In this document: positions 11,816 to 20,567 of the stretch, in pieces | How positions within the stretch are numbered: the first letter of the stretch is position 1 | How the letters are laid out: each line of letters opens with the position of its first letter | Assembly (NCBI GenBank): GCA_965261985.1 | Contig: OZ253490.1 | Span: 1,511,947-1,575,946 of the forward strand | Reading direction: 5' to 3' | Length of the DNA: 64,000 nucleotides | DNA from: Alphaproteobacteria bacterium | GTDB lineage: Bacteria; Pseudomonadota; Alphaproteobacteria; Bin95 | Notes under the pieces: generated by a model | What the model was told of the DNA's origin: nothing | Database searches by the model: none | The model's input: only the letters and a program-made list of their open reading frames with translations | Program-made: the position numbers and the translations under genes

Positions 11816-12369
11816 GGCGCTTCGCCTCCTCGTTCCAGCCGCATCATGCCGCGCATCCAGACGACGACATAGACCCCGCCCGAAACCACGGTCGTCGTCG
11901 CGACGACGGCATAGGCGATTTCCGCCGCCAGCGGAATATCGAGCGGCCATGCCAGCGCGCCCAGCACGCCGGCCGCGAACACAAGCTGCACACAGGTGTT
12001 CAGCTTGCTGGTCCAGTGCGGGCGGACCGCCTGGGCGGACGGCATGAGTATCTGGCTGAGCAACCAGCCGGAGACGATCAGCGCGTCGCGGAACACCACC
12101 AGGATCACCAGCCAGGCGGGCAGCAGGTCGCGAACCCCGAGCGAGACGAAGACCGAAACCAGCAGCGCCTTGTCGGCGACCGGATCGAGCAGGCTGCCGA
12201 GGCGCGTCACCTGGTCCAGCCGCCGGGCCAGCCAGCCGTCCACGGCGTCGGACAGGCCGGCGATCAGGAACAGCCAGAGCGCCGCCTCGTACCAGCCCTG
12301 CACCACCAGCCAGACAGCCGCCGGCACCGCCAGCAGGCGGGCAAGCGTGATCGCGTTCGGCAGGGTCAT
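11812..12369 (-). CDS. pgsA: CDP-diacylglycerol--glycerol-3-phosphate 3-phosphatidyltransferase
   Basis: CDP-alcohol phosphatidyltransferase motif DAVDGWLARR...GSLLDPVADK, 185 aa. Confidence 0.85.
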   Translation of the reverse strand: MTLPNAITLARLLAVPAAVWLVVQGWYEAALWLFLIAGLSDAVDGWLARRLDQVTRLGSLLDPVADKALLVSVFVSLGVRDLLPAWLVILVVFRDALIVSGWLLSQILMPSAQAVRPHWTSKLNTCVQLVFAAGVLGALAWPLDIPLAAEIAYAVVATTTVVSGGVYVVVWMRGMMRLERGGEAP

Positions 12370-12387
12370 CGTCCGGCCGCGCCGGCC

Positions 12388-13536
12388 TCAGCGGTCGAGC
12401 GGGCGGAGCGTCCAGCCATTGCCGCCGGCCCGTTCGAGTGCAACGCCCTGGCGCTCCAGCACGCCGCGCAGGCGCTCCGCGCCGCCCGCGAACCGGAACC
12501 GGAAGGTCGCCCGGCTGCGCGCCAGTTCCGCCAGCCGGACCTGCCGGACGCCGCCGGCCGCTGCAAGCGCGTCCTTCATCGCGATGAGGTCGGCCAGCCC
12601 GCCGAGCGGCGCCGTTGCCTCGAACGGCTCCGCCGGCGCGCCCGCCGCGACCAGATTGGCCCGCTTCCAGCTTTCCTGGATCTCGGCCGCCACCTCGCCC
12701 GCGGCGCGCGCGCAGAGGCTCTCGACCGTTTCCCCGGCCCGGCCTTCGACGCGCAGCGTCTCGGCCGCCGCCGCCTCGCCCGCTCCGAAGCGCCTGAGCG
12801 CCACCTCCAGTACGGGGCGGGTGCGCTGCCCCTCCAGGCGATAGACGGCATGGGCGACCAGCGCGCGCCGGGCGCCGATGCGGGCGGCAGCCTGCAACAG
12901 GCGCGCACGGTCGCCCTCGGCCGCGCTGTCCGCCGCCGGCATGGCGGGGTCGCCGGCCGCCGGCAGCGCAAGCGGCACCGGGTCGTTCGCCGCCGGCCGG
13001 CTCGCCCAGGCCGCGCGCCAGGGATTGGCGTCCTCGAACAGGAGGCGCAGCGGGCCCCAGTCATAGACGGGGAAAACGGCCACACGCCCGCTCACGGCCT
13101 CCGAAAACGGGATGCCCGCTTCGCGCAGGAACGTGCGCACCGGCTCGGGATGGAAGCCGACCGAGACGCGCGCGATATAGCGCACCGGCGACTGGCGCTC
13201 GTCCAGCACCTGCACGGTGCGCATCGCCGCCGCCACAACCGCGGGGTCCGGGGCCGGAAGGCGCCCGCGGTCTTCGCGAAGCGTCAGGCGGCGCAGCAGC
13301 GCATCGAACGCCATCGCCTGGGCCTCGGCCATGGCGGCCTGCTTGGCCTCGGCGGCGGAAGGCGCCGTCTCGTCCACGGAAATGCCCTGCACCGTATAGA
13401 GATCGACCTTCGCGGCGGCCGGCCCGCCCGGCAGCAGAGCCGCAAGTGCTGCGAGGAGCACCGCCGCCGCGCGCAACGCGGCGGATCGTAGGGATGGCGG
13501 CGTTGGCGCCGCCGCCGGCCCGAAAAACGCTCGCAT
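12388..13536 (-). CDS. conserved secreted hypothetical protein (DUF2066-like)
   Basis: 382 aa with an N-terminal signal peptide. A gene in this position between pgsA and purM is common in Hyphomicrobiales. Confidence 0.45.
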   Translation of the reverse strand: MRAFFGPAAAPTPPSLRSAALRAAAVLLAALAALLPGGPAAAKVDLYTVQGISVDETAPSAAEAKQAAMAEAQAMAFDALLRRLTLREDRGRLPAPDPAVVAAAMRTVQVLDERQSPVRYIARVSVGFHPEPVRTFLREAGIPFSEAVSGRVAVFPVYDWGPLRLLFEDANPWRAAWASRPAANDPVPLALPAAGDPAMPAADSAAEGDRARLLQAAARIGARRALVAHAVYRLEGQRTRPVLEVALRRFGAGEAAAAETLRVEGRAGETVESLCARAAGEVAAEIQESWKRANLVAAGAPAEPFEATAPLGGLADLIAMKDALAAAGGVRQVRLAELARSRATFRFRFAGGAERLRGVLERQGVALERAGGNGWTLRPLDR

Positions 13537-13593
13537 TGCGCCCCTTCGCCCGATGGATATTGTCTCCCCGGACTATACCGGCCCGGAGGGGAC

Positions 13594-14640
13594 ATGGCGA
13601 GCGCGGAACGTCCTACCTACAAGGCGGCCGGCGTCGATATCGACGCCGGGGAGGCGCTGGTGCGCCGCATTGCGCCGGCAGCGGCGCGAACGGCGCGGCC
13701 GGGCGCCGACGCGCAACTCGGCGGCTTCGGGGGCTTCTTCGACCTCCGCGCGGCCGGATTCCGCGACCCGGTGCTGGTGGCGGCCACGGATGGGGTCGGC
13801 ACCAAGCTGGAGATCGCACAGGCGCTCGGGCGCCATCGCGGCACCGGCATCGACCTCGTGGCGATGTGCGTCAACGACCTGGCCGCGCAGGGGGCGGAGC
13901 CGCTGTTCTTCCTCGATTATTTCGCCACCGGGGCGCTCGACACGGATGCCGCGGCGGAAGCGGTGGAAGGGATCGCGGAGGGCTGCGTCGCCGCCGGCTG
14001 CGCGCTCATCGGCGGCGAGACGGCGGAAATGCCGGGCTTTTATCCTGCCGGGCGCTACGACCTCGCAGGCTTCGCCGTCGGCGCGGTCGAGCGCGAGCGG
14101 ATGGACGACCCCGGCGCCCGACCGGGCGATGTTGTCCTCGGCCTCGCCTCCAACGGGCTGCACGCCAACGGCTTCTCGCTCGTCCGCCGGATCGTTGAGC
14201 GGGAGGGCCTCGACCTTTCGGGTCCGTCGCCCTTCTCGGAGGGCGCGCTCGGCGAGGCGCTGCTCGCGCCGACGCGCATCTATGTCCGCCCCGTGCTGGC
14301 GGCGCTGGCCGCGGGCGGCGTGCGGGCGCTCGCGCACATCACCGGCGGCGGCCTCGTCGAGAACCCGCCGCGCGGCCTGCCGCCGGGCCTGGCCATGCGG
14401 ATCGACTGCGCCGCCTGGCCCCTGCCGCCCGTCTTCGAGTGGCTTGCGGGCCATATCGCGCCGGAAGAGCTCGCCCGCACCTTCAATTGCGGCATCGGCA
14501 TGACCGTCGCCGCCGCGCCGGACAGGGCCGACGCGCTGGCGGCAGGCTTCGAGGCCGCCGGCGAGACGGTCTTCCGGCTCGGCGAAGTCGTGGAAGGCGA
14601 GGGTGTCGTGCTCGACGGCCTCGAGGGTTGGCGGCGGTGA
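13594..14640 (+). CDS. purM: phosphoribosylformylglycinamidine cyclo-ligase
   Basis: Full-length AIR synthetase similarity ([19 protein letters not shown]). 348 aa. Confidence 0.95.
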   Translation: MASAERPTYKAAGVDIDAGEALVRRIAPAAARTARPGADAQLGGFGGFFDLRAAGFRDPVLVAATDGVGTKLEIAQALGRHRGTGIDLVAMCVNDLAAQGAEPLFFLDYFATGALDTDAAAEAVEGIAEGCVAAGCALIGGETAEMPGFYPAGRYDLAGFAVGAVERERMDDPGARPGDVVLGLASNGLHANGFSLVRRIVEREGLDLSGPSPFSEGALGEALLAPTRIYVRPVLAALAAGGVRALAHITGGGLVENPPRGLPPGLAMRIDCAAWPLPPVFEWLAGHIAPEELARTFNCGIGMTVAAAPDRADALAAGFEAAGETVFRLGEVVEGEGVVLDGLEGWRR

Positions 14641-15260
14641 GGGTCGGCGTGCTGCTGTCCGGCCGGGGCAGCAACCTCCAGGCGTTGCTGGACGCCGGCG
14701 CCGCCTCGTGGAAGGTCGCGCTCGCGGTATCGAATGTGCCCGGCGCCCCCGGCCTCACCAAGGCCGCGGCGGCCGGCGTGCCTGTCCGGACGGTGCCGCA
14801 CCGGGATTTCGCCGACCGGGCGGCCTTCGAGGAGGCGCTCGACGCGGAGCTCCGGGCGGCGGAGGTGGAGCTCGTGGTGCTGGCGGGCTTCATGCGCGTG
14901 CTGGGGCCGGAATTCGTGGCGCGCTGGCGCGACCGGTCGGTCAATGTCCACCCCTCGCTGCTGCCGGCCTTCCGGGGCCTCGACACGCATCGCCGCGCGC
15001 TGGAAGCCGGCGTGGGGTGGCACGGTTGCACGGTGCATTTCGTGCGCGCCGAGCTCGACGCCGGGCCGATTATCCTCCAGGCGGCGGTGCCCCTGCTCCG
15101 GAACGACACGGAGGAGACGCTGGCGGCCCGTGTGCTGGCGCGTGAGCACCATGTGCTGCCGATGGCGGTCGGCTGGATCGCCGAGGGCAGGGTGCGCGTC
15201 GAGAACGAACGGGTCGTGGCGGTAGATCCGGACCGTCTGCCGGTCAATCCGTCGCAGTGA
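14637..15260 (+). CDS. purN: phosphoribosylglycinamide formyltransferase
   Basis: [15 protein letters not shown] and VLAGFMRVL motifs. The GTG start overlaps the purM stop (GTGA). 207 aa. Confidence 0.9.
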   Translation: MRVGVLLSGRGSNLQALLDAGAASWKVALAVSNVPGAPGLTKAAAAGVPVRTVPHRDFADRAAFEEALDAELRAAEVELVVLAGFMRVLGPEFVARWRDRSVNVHPSLLPAFRGLDTHRRALEAGVGWHGCTVHFVRAELDAGPIILQAAVPLLRNDTEETLAARVLAREHHVLPMAVGWIAEGRVRVENERVVAVDPDRLPVNPSQ

Positions 15261-15319
15261 GGCCAACAGGCGTCCGGCTATAGTATTGCGGGCTTGTCTC
15301 GCGGGGAGGTTGGCGCCCG

Positions 15320-15451
15320 ATGGCGGAATACAATGCGGCAGCGGAAGAGGCGCGTCACCAGCACATCTGGGGCGGTTTCTGCACGTTCCTCGGCTGGTCC
15401 ACCGGCGGGGTGATAGTCCTGCTGGCAATGCTGGCGGCGACGCTGCTGTAA
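15320..15451 (+). CDS. 43-aa single-TM small protein (possibly aa3-type cytochrome oxidase subunit IV-like)
   Basis: Not in the supplied ORF track because it is below 60 aa. Product MAEYNAAAEEARHQHIWGGFCTFLGWSTGGVIVLLAMLAATLL has a hydrophobic C-terminal helix. Weak resemblance to bacterial CoxIV (RHQQ..F.GF). Confidence 0.3.
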   Translation: MAEYNAAAEEARHQHIWGGFCTFLGWSTGGVIVLLAMLAATLL

Positions 15452-15466
15452 CGGAGGCGCGAAGCG

Positions 15467-15652
15467 ATGGCCGGAGACAAGGTGAAGGTCGAGGTCGAGC
15501 TGAACCCCGACATGCTGACCCTGCTCGACGACGTGGTGAAGGATTACCGCCTGCCGGACCGCGGCAAGGCGCTGCGCTGCCTGCTGGACTGGCTGGCCGT
15601 GGACGGCGACCGCGACCGGGTGTTCAAGAAGGTCCGCTGCCGGCGCTGCTGA
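15467..15652 (+). CDS. hypothetical small protein (61 aa)
   Basis: GGAGG Shine-Dalgarno site 7 nt upstream of the ATG. Predicted beta-strand plus helix, possibly ribbon-helix-helix-like. Its 3' end overlaps convergent cobK. Confidence 0.35.
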   Translation: MAGDKVKVEVELNPDMLTLLDDVVKDYRLPDRGKALRCLLDWLAVDGDRDRVFKKVRCRRC

Positions 15653-16373
15653 GCGCCCACTCGACCGCTTCTTCGACGCTGGAAACACGCGGGCCCGGCT
15701 CCAGCGGCGGTCGGCGGATCATCGCGACGGGAATGTTGCGTTCGCGCGCGGCGGCGATCTTGGCTTCCGTCGCAGCGCCGCCGGAAGCGCGCGTCACCAG
15801 CGTCCCGATACCGTAGTCATCGAACAGCCGGCGTTCGTCCGCGAGGTCGAACGGACCGCGCGCCAGCACCACATCCGCACCCGGCAGCGGCGAAAGGCCG
15901 GGGTCGATGCGGCGCAGCACGAAGCGGCGGTGCGGGAGCCCTGCAAAGGCGTCGAGGTCGCCGGGGCCGAGCGTCAGGAACACCGCGTCCGGCAAGCCGG
16001 CAAGCGCGGCGGCGGCCTCCCCGGCATCCGCCACGCAAAGCCAGCGGTCCCCCGGCTCCCGCCGCCACATCGGCCGCTCGACCGCGAGCCGGGGCACGCC
16101 CGCCCTTTCCGCCGCCTCGCGCGCATGGGCGGAGATACGCGCGGCAAAGGGGTGCGTCGCGTCGATCAGCCTCTCGATGCGCTCCTCGCGGAGATAGCAC
16201 GCGAGACCCGCCGTGCCGCCGAAGCCGCCGGTCCGGACCTTACCCGCCAGCGCCGCCGGACGCCGCGTCCGGCCGGCGAGCGAACTCGTGACAGCCGCCC
16301 GCCCGTCGAGCGCGCGCGCAATCGCCGCCCCCTCGCCCGTCCCGCCCAGGATCAGCACGCGGGGTCTAGACAC
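15624..16373 (-). CDS. cobK: precorrin-6A / cobalt-precorrin-6A reductase
   Basis: RVLILGGTGEGAAIARAL N-terminus and CobK/CbiJ family similarity throughout. The start is ambiguous: GTG at 16373, GTG at 16358 or TTG at 16397. Confidence 0.75.
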   Translation of the reverse strand: MSRPRVLILGGTGEGAAIARALDGRAAVTSSLAGRTRRPAALAGKVRTGGFGGTAGLACYLREERIERLIDATHPFAARISAHAREAAERAGVPRLAVERPMWRREPGDRWLCVADAGEAAAALAGLPDAVFLTLGPGDLDAFAGLPHRRFVLRRIDPGLSPLPGADVVLARGPFDLADERRLFDDYGIGTLVTRASGGAATEAKIAAARERNIPVAMIRRPPLEPGPRVSSVEEAVEWALSSAGSGPS

Positions 16374-16592
16374 CGGCCTCGCGCCGATGGGCGCCAACTA
16401 TCTGACAAAGCGTCGTTGTTGTCCCGAGATTTGCAACTGGGAAACAAATGCCGCAACTGGAGCCGGGAGAAAACACATGAGGAATGTCATCCTCGCCGAG
16501 GCACGCGTCAAGGTGCTCGGACCTGGCTCGCCTCGCTGCGCGCCGGTCAGCCTTGGCATCCGGCTATGCGCCGGGATTGATCGATCGACGGC

Positions 16593-16608
16593 TTGACAGT
16601 AGTATAAT
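16593..16608 (+). promoter_or_regulatory. consensus TTGACA and TATAAT hexamers upstream of relB (putative promoter/operator)
   Basis: TTGACA at 16593-16598 and TATAAT at 16603-16608 lie in an AT-rich patch of a GC-rich genome and are flanked by TCGAC repeats. They are only 4 bp apart, so this is not one canonical -35/-10 pair. Confidence 0.35.
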
Positions 16609-16644
16609 GTCTTCGACATCGTACGACTTCGCTCGGAGTCAACC

Positions 16645-16866
16645 ATGAGTCAGGTCACAGCCCGGCTTCCCGATGAACTGGTCAAGGCCCTCGACGACGC
16701 CGCCCGGGATCTCAAGCGTTCTCGCGCGGAGGTGATCCGCCAGGCCATCGAGCGCTACGTCGAGGATTTCGACGACCTGAGTGTCGCGATAGACCGACTC
16801 CGCGACCCAAGCGACCCGGTGCTCGACTGGGATGACGTCAGGCGTGGCCTACTCCGTCAGGATTAA
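16645..16866 (+). CDS. relB: RelB/DinJ-CopG-type antitoxin (ribbon-helix-helix)
   Basis: 73 aa with an N-terminal ribbon-helix-helix region (PDELVKALDDAARDLKRSRAEVIRQAIERY). Overlaps the downstream RelE-family ORF. Confidence 0.7.
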   Translation: MSQVTARLPDELVKALDDAARDLKRSRAEVIRQAIERYVEDFDDLSVAIDRLRDPSDPVLDWDDVRRGLLRQD

Positions 16867-17098
16867 AGGGAGCGCGGCCAGGGAGCTGGCCCGAATCGCG
16901 AAGCCGGCACGCGCGCGAATCGCTGAGGCGATCGATGGCCTCGCCGGGAACCCGTTCACGGGGACCGCCCTGAAGGGTGAGCTGCGCGGATTGCGGCGAA
17001 TCCGGGTCGGGGAGTATCGGATCGTGTATGAGATTCAGGAGGGGGAACTCGTCGTGCTGGTGATCCGGGTGCGCCACCGTAGAGACGTGTATCGCTGA
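16832..17098 (+). CDS. relE: RelE/ParE-family type II toxin
   Basis: 88 aa with C-terminal VGEYRIVYEIQEGELVVLVIRVRHRRDVYR typical of RelE/ParE. An alternative GTG start lies at 16844. Confidence 0.7.
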   Translation: MTSGVAYSVRIKGSAARELARIAKPARARIAEAIDGLAGNPFTGTALKGELRGLRRIRVGEYRIVYEIQEGELVVLVIRVRHRRDVYR

Positions 17099-17360
17099 GA
17101 TGCGATGTCAGTTCCATTCGTGAAGCGGTGCGCCGATGGATGGCCGAAGGCCCGGCGCGCCTGCTCGTCCGAGGGCCGCCCCATCCGGTGAACCGCCCGA
17201 GGCCCTCGCCGAACGCCCCGCACTCCGTTCCGCTGGCCTCTTCACCCTTTGAGACGCCCACGACCCGTAATTCGGCGTGGAATCCCGAGTCTGGCTCACT
17301 TGCGATGTAGCTTCGTCAGGCGGCAGGCGCGAGGCCCGCTCCGAGCAGGTCGATACCGGC

Positions 17361-18419
17361 CTATCCGTGTAAATCTCCTCTCCGATTTACGCCAGCCTCG
17401 CCGATTACCCGGCCACGCCGGTCGAACACGCGGACATCGACTTCCGTGCCGCCGGCGAGCACGGCGAGCGCCGTCTCGCGCGCCTGCTCGGCGATGCGCC
17501 GGGCGAGCGGCAGGCTGCCGGCCAGCTCCAGCACCGCACCCGCGCTGTGCGCCCCGCGCGCGTCCGGCCCGCCGAGCGCCTTCAAGTCCGCCGCCAGGCG
17601 CGGGATATCGACCGGGGCGCGGTCGGAATGCAGGTCCAGATGTCCTGCCGCCAGCTTGGAGAGCTTGCCGAAGCCGCCCGCAAGGCTGAGCCGCGCCACC
17701 GGCCGCCGGCGGAGATATTTCAGCAGCGCGCCCGCGAAGTCGCCCATGTCGATCATGCCGTGCGCCGGCAGGCCGAGCAGCGCCTGCAACGCTTCCTCCG
17801 AGCCGCGCCCGGTCGCCGCCCCGATACGGTCGAGGCCCGCGGCGCGCGCGACATCCACGCCGCGATGGACCGCATGAATCCAGGCCGCGCAGGAATAGGG
17901 GATGACGACCCCCGTGGTGCCGAGCACCGAGAGCCCGCCCTCGATGCCGAGCCGCGCATTGGCCGTCTTCAGCGCCAGCGCCTCGCCGTTCCCGATGCCG
18001 ATCTCGGCCTCGATATCGGCCGGGAGCCCGTATTCGTCGGCGACGGCGCGCAGGTTGTCGGCGATGATGGCGCGCGGGCCGGGATTGATCGCCGGCTCGC
18101 CGACGGCAAGCGGCAGGCCGGGCAGGGTGACAGTGCCGACGCCGGGGCCCGCCCGGAAACGCACGCCCGAGCCCGGCGGCGCGGGGTGCAGCCGGGCGCG
18201 CACGATGGCGCCGTGCGTGGCGTCCGGGTCGTCGCCCGCGTCCTTCTCCACGCCGATCCACGCGCCGGTCTCGGCGAGCGCAAAGGAGGCCTTGAGGCCG
18301 CGCGGCAGGTCGATCGTGACCGGGTCGGGCAGGCGGCCGGTGAAAAGGCGCTCGCAGGCGGCCCGCGCCGCCGCCGCCGCGCAGGCGCCCGTCGTCCAGC
18401 CGCGTCTCAGTTCCGCCAT
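17361..18419 (-). CDS. cbiD: cobalt-precorrin-5B (C1)-methyltransferase
   Basis: LRRGWTTGACAAAAARAA N-terminal CbiD signature. Start ATG at 18419. The 378-aa ORF has 26 non-homologous residues upstream. Confidence 0.8.
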   Translation of the reverse strand: MAELRRGWTTGACAAAAARAACERLFTGRLPDPVTIDLPRGLKASFALAETGAWIGVEKDAGDDPDATHGAIVRARLHPAPPGSGVRFRAGPGVGTVTLPGLPLAVGEPAINPGPRAIIADNLRAVADEYGLPADIEAEIGIGNGEALALKTANARLGIEGGLSVLGTTGVVIPYSCAAWIHAVHRGVDVARAAGLDRIGAATGRGSEEALQALLGLPAHGMIDMGDFAGALLKYLRRRPVARLSLAGGFGKLSKLAAGHLDLHSDRAPVDIPRLAADLKALGGPDARGAHSAGAVLELAGSLPLARRIAEQARETALAVLAGGTEVDVRVFDRRGRVIGEAGVNRRGDLHG

Positions 18420-18477
18420 GGCGCTTCCGATTGTAGGCCCTTGCGGCCCGGACGGAAGCGGACATAAACAGGGCGCC

Positions 18478-19293
18478 ATGACCGATACCATGCCCACCCT
18501 GCCCGAGAGCGAGGCGACCGGCCGCGCCGCCGCCCTCTATGCCGACATCCGGGACGTTCTCGGCGTGCCGGTGGTGAACCTGATCTGGCGCCGCCTCGCA
18601 CACTTTCCCGGTGCGCTGGAATGGGCGTGGGGCGCCGTCCGCCCGCTCTATGCGGGCGGCGCGGCCGATGCCGCAGCGGCGGCGATCCAGGCGCGCACGC
18701 CGCTGCCGGACCTGCCGCCCTGGCCCCGCGAGATGCTGCCGGCGATGGGCCTGGGCGAGGCGGAGAACGCGGCGATCCTGCACATTCTGGCGAGCTACGA
18801 CCGCGGCAACCGGCTGAACCTCGCCGCCCTCGGCGCGCTGCTGCAGGCATTGGAAGGCGCGCCGGCGCGCGGTTCCGTTCCGGCGGCCGGGGACGGCGCG
18901 CGCGCGGCGGTCGAGGGCGAGCTCCCGCCCATCCCCGCAATGGAGGCGCTTTCGCCGGAGGTGCGCGAGCTGGTGCTCCGGCTGAACGAACTCGGCAATA
19001 GCGGCGATAATGTCGTGGCCAGCCTCTACCGGCATCTGGCTTACTGGCCGGGCTACCTGGCGCTCGCCTGGGTGCAGCTTGCGGCGCTCGACCGGGACGG
19101 GCGGCTTGCCGCCACGATTGCCGCCGGGGCGGAGGCGGCGCGGGAGGCTTCGGCCGGGCTCGTCGGCGGCCTCGACCTGCCGGCGGAGCCGCCGCCGCCC
19201 GAAGTCGCCGAGGCAGTTGGGCAGTTCGTGCGCGGCCCCATCGCGCGGATGACGCCGGTCTCCCTGCTGCTTCTGCATCTTCTCGGGAAATGA
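18478..19293 (+). CDS. DehI-family (halocarboxylic acid dehydrogenase DehI-like) protein with an internal pseudo-repeat
   Basis: 271 aa. YADIRDVLGVPVVNLIWRRLAHFPGALEWAW is repeated as LYRHLAYWPGYLALAWVQL, matching the two-repeat DehI fold. The start codon follows a 58-bp divergent gap from cbiD. The stop overlaps the cobA start (ATGA). Confidence 0.5.
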   Translation: MTDTMPTLPESEATGRAAALYADIRDVLGVPVVNLIWRRLAHFPGALEWAWGAVRPLYAGGAADAAAAAIQARTPLPDLPPWPREMLPAMGLGEAENAAILHILASYDRGNRLNLAALGALLQALEGAPARGSVPAAGDGARAAVEGELPPIPAMEALSPEVRELVLRLNELGNSGDNVVASLYRHLAYWPGYLALAWVQLAALDRDGRLAATIAAGAEAAREASAGLVGGLDLPAEPPPPEVAEAVGQFVRGPIARMTPVSLLLLHLLGK

Positions 19294-20060
19294 CGCCGGA
19301 CCTGCCGAGGCTGGCGCCGGGCGAGGTCTGGCTCGTGGGCGCGGGCCCCGGCGACCCCGGCCTGCTGACCCTGCTGGCGGCCCGCGCGCTCGAAGACGCC
19401 GATGTCGTGGTGCATGACGCACTGGTCGATCCGGGCGTGCTGGCAATGGCGCGGGCGGGCGCGCGCATCCACCATGCGGGCAAGCGCGGCGGGCGGCCCT
19501 CGCCCTGCCAGCCGGACATTTCCGCCCGGCTCGTCGCCGAGGCGAAGGCGGGCGCCCGCGTGCTGCGCCTCAAGGGCGGCGACCCGTTCGTGTTCGGGCG
19601 CGGCGGCGAGGAGGCGCTGGCGCTGGCGGCCGCGGGCGTGCCGTTCCGCATCGTGCCGGGCGTGACGGCGGGCATCGGCGGTCTCGCCTATGCCGGCATC
19701 CCGGCGACGCATCGCGACGCCAACTCCGCCGTCACCTTCGTCTCCGGCCATGCCGCGCCGGAGGAAAGCGGCCTCGACTGGGAGGCGCTGGCAAGGGGTT
19801 CGCCGGCGCTGGTGTTCTACATGGCGCTCCGGCGGATCGACGCCATCGCGGCCCGTCTGATGGCCCACGGCCGCGCGCCCGACGAGCCTGCCGCCATCGT
19901 CAGCCACGCCGCCACCCCCCGCCAGCATGTCATCGAAACCACGCTGGCCGGCCTCGGCCAGGCGGCCCGCAAGGCCGAACCCCCGGCCGTCATAGCCCTC
20001 GGCCCCATAGCCGCCCCCCGCCTCCGCCTCGACTGGCTGAGGAAGCTGGGGGAGGGGTGA
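19290..20060 (+). CDS. cobA: uroporphyrinogen-III C-methyltransferase (SUMT)
   Basis: VWLVGAGPGDPGLLT, VLRLKGGDPFVFGRGGEE and class III tetrapyrrole methylase motifs. 256 aa. Confidence 0.9.
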   Translation: MTPDLPRLAPGEVWLVGAGPGDPGLLTLLAARALEDADVVVHDALVDPGVLAMARAGARIHHAGKRGGRPSPCQPDISARLVAEAKAGARVLRLKGGDPFVFGRGGEEALALAAAGVPFRIVPGVTAGIGGLAYAGIPATHRDANSAVTFVSGHAAPEESGLDWEALARGSPALVFYMALRRIDAIAARLMAHGRAPDEPAAIVSHAATPRQHVIETTLAGLGQAARKAEPPAVIALGPIAAPRLRLDWLRKLGEG

Positions 20061-20160
20061 GCGGTATTCGGGAAGGCAGCGGCATGTGGAAACCGGTGCT
20101 CATCCGGTCGATTGAACTGTTCCCCATTCGTGATACATTTGTCACCCAGGAGGACGCGCC

Positions 20161-20418
20161 ATGACCAAGACGGCCACGATCCGCGCCCGTGTCGAACCGG
20201 ACCTCAAGGAGGACGCCGAGATGGTGTTCTCGCAATTGGGGCTTTCGGCCACCCAGGCGATCAGGCTGTTCTACAAGCAGGTCACGCTGCAACGCGGCCT
20301 GCCATTCGCAGTCAAGGTTCCCAACGCGGAGACGCGCGAAGCGTTGCGACAAGCCTACGATCGCGACGAACTCACCGAGTACGAGACTCTGGACGCAATG
20401 AAGGCAGCCCATCGGTAA
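20161..20418 (+). CDS. dinJ: DinJ/RelB-family antitoxin
   Basis: 85 aa. IRARVEPDLKEDAEMVFSQLGLSATQAIRLFYKQV...GLPFAV matches DinJ. Strong AGGAGG ribosome-binding site. An imperfect palindrome GTGATACATTTGTCAC lies just upstream. Confidence 0.8.
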   Translation: MTKTATIRARVEPDLKEDAEMVFSQLGLSATQAIRLFYKQVTLQRGLPFAVKVPNAETREALRQAYDRDELTEYETLDAMKAAHR

Positions 20419-20567
20419 CCGTTCCAACAGGCCGTGGAACTAACCGGATCGGCGCTACATTCCGGCGGCCGGAGGGTGATTTTCTGCGCACCGCGGGCTA
20501 CGGAAGGCCGTCATGGGCCTTTCGCTCCCTTGCAGGTTTCTAGTGATTGTGGCGTGCACTCTACCGC

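Noticed and set aside
7651-11872. 819-aa and 854-aa plus-strand ORFs antisense to the D-aminoacylase, SDR, hdaA and AI-2E genes
   Set aside because: No domain signatures and RG-rich composition. The opposite-strand genes have strong family matches.
16398-16646. 82-aa minus-strand ORF between cobK and relB
   Set aside because: Overlaps the AT-rich promoter-like region, and has no ribosome-binding site and no homology.
18420-18477. Expected cobalamin riboswitch upstream of the cob genes
   Set aside because: Intergenic regions upstream of cbiD, the DehI-like gene and cobA, and cobB are only 58-70 bp and lack the B12-box. No riboswitch-sized leader was found.
17296-19446. 716-aa minus-strand ORF spanning cbiD and the DehI-like gene
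   Set aside because: It reads through the cbiD frame and then through the antisense of the plus-strand gene. It is a frame-fusion artefact. cbiD proper starts at the ATG at 18419.
20419-20560. YafQ toxin N-terminus expected immediately after dinJ
   Set aside because: Three-frame translation gives no RelE/YafQ-like sequence. The toxin remnant is instead at 22668.
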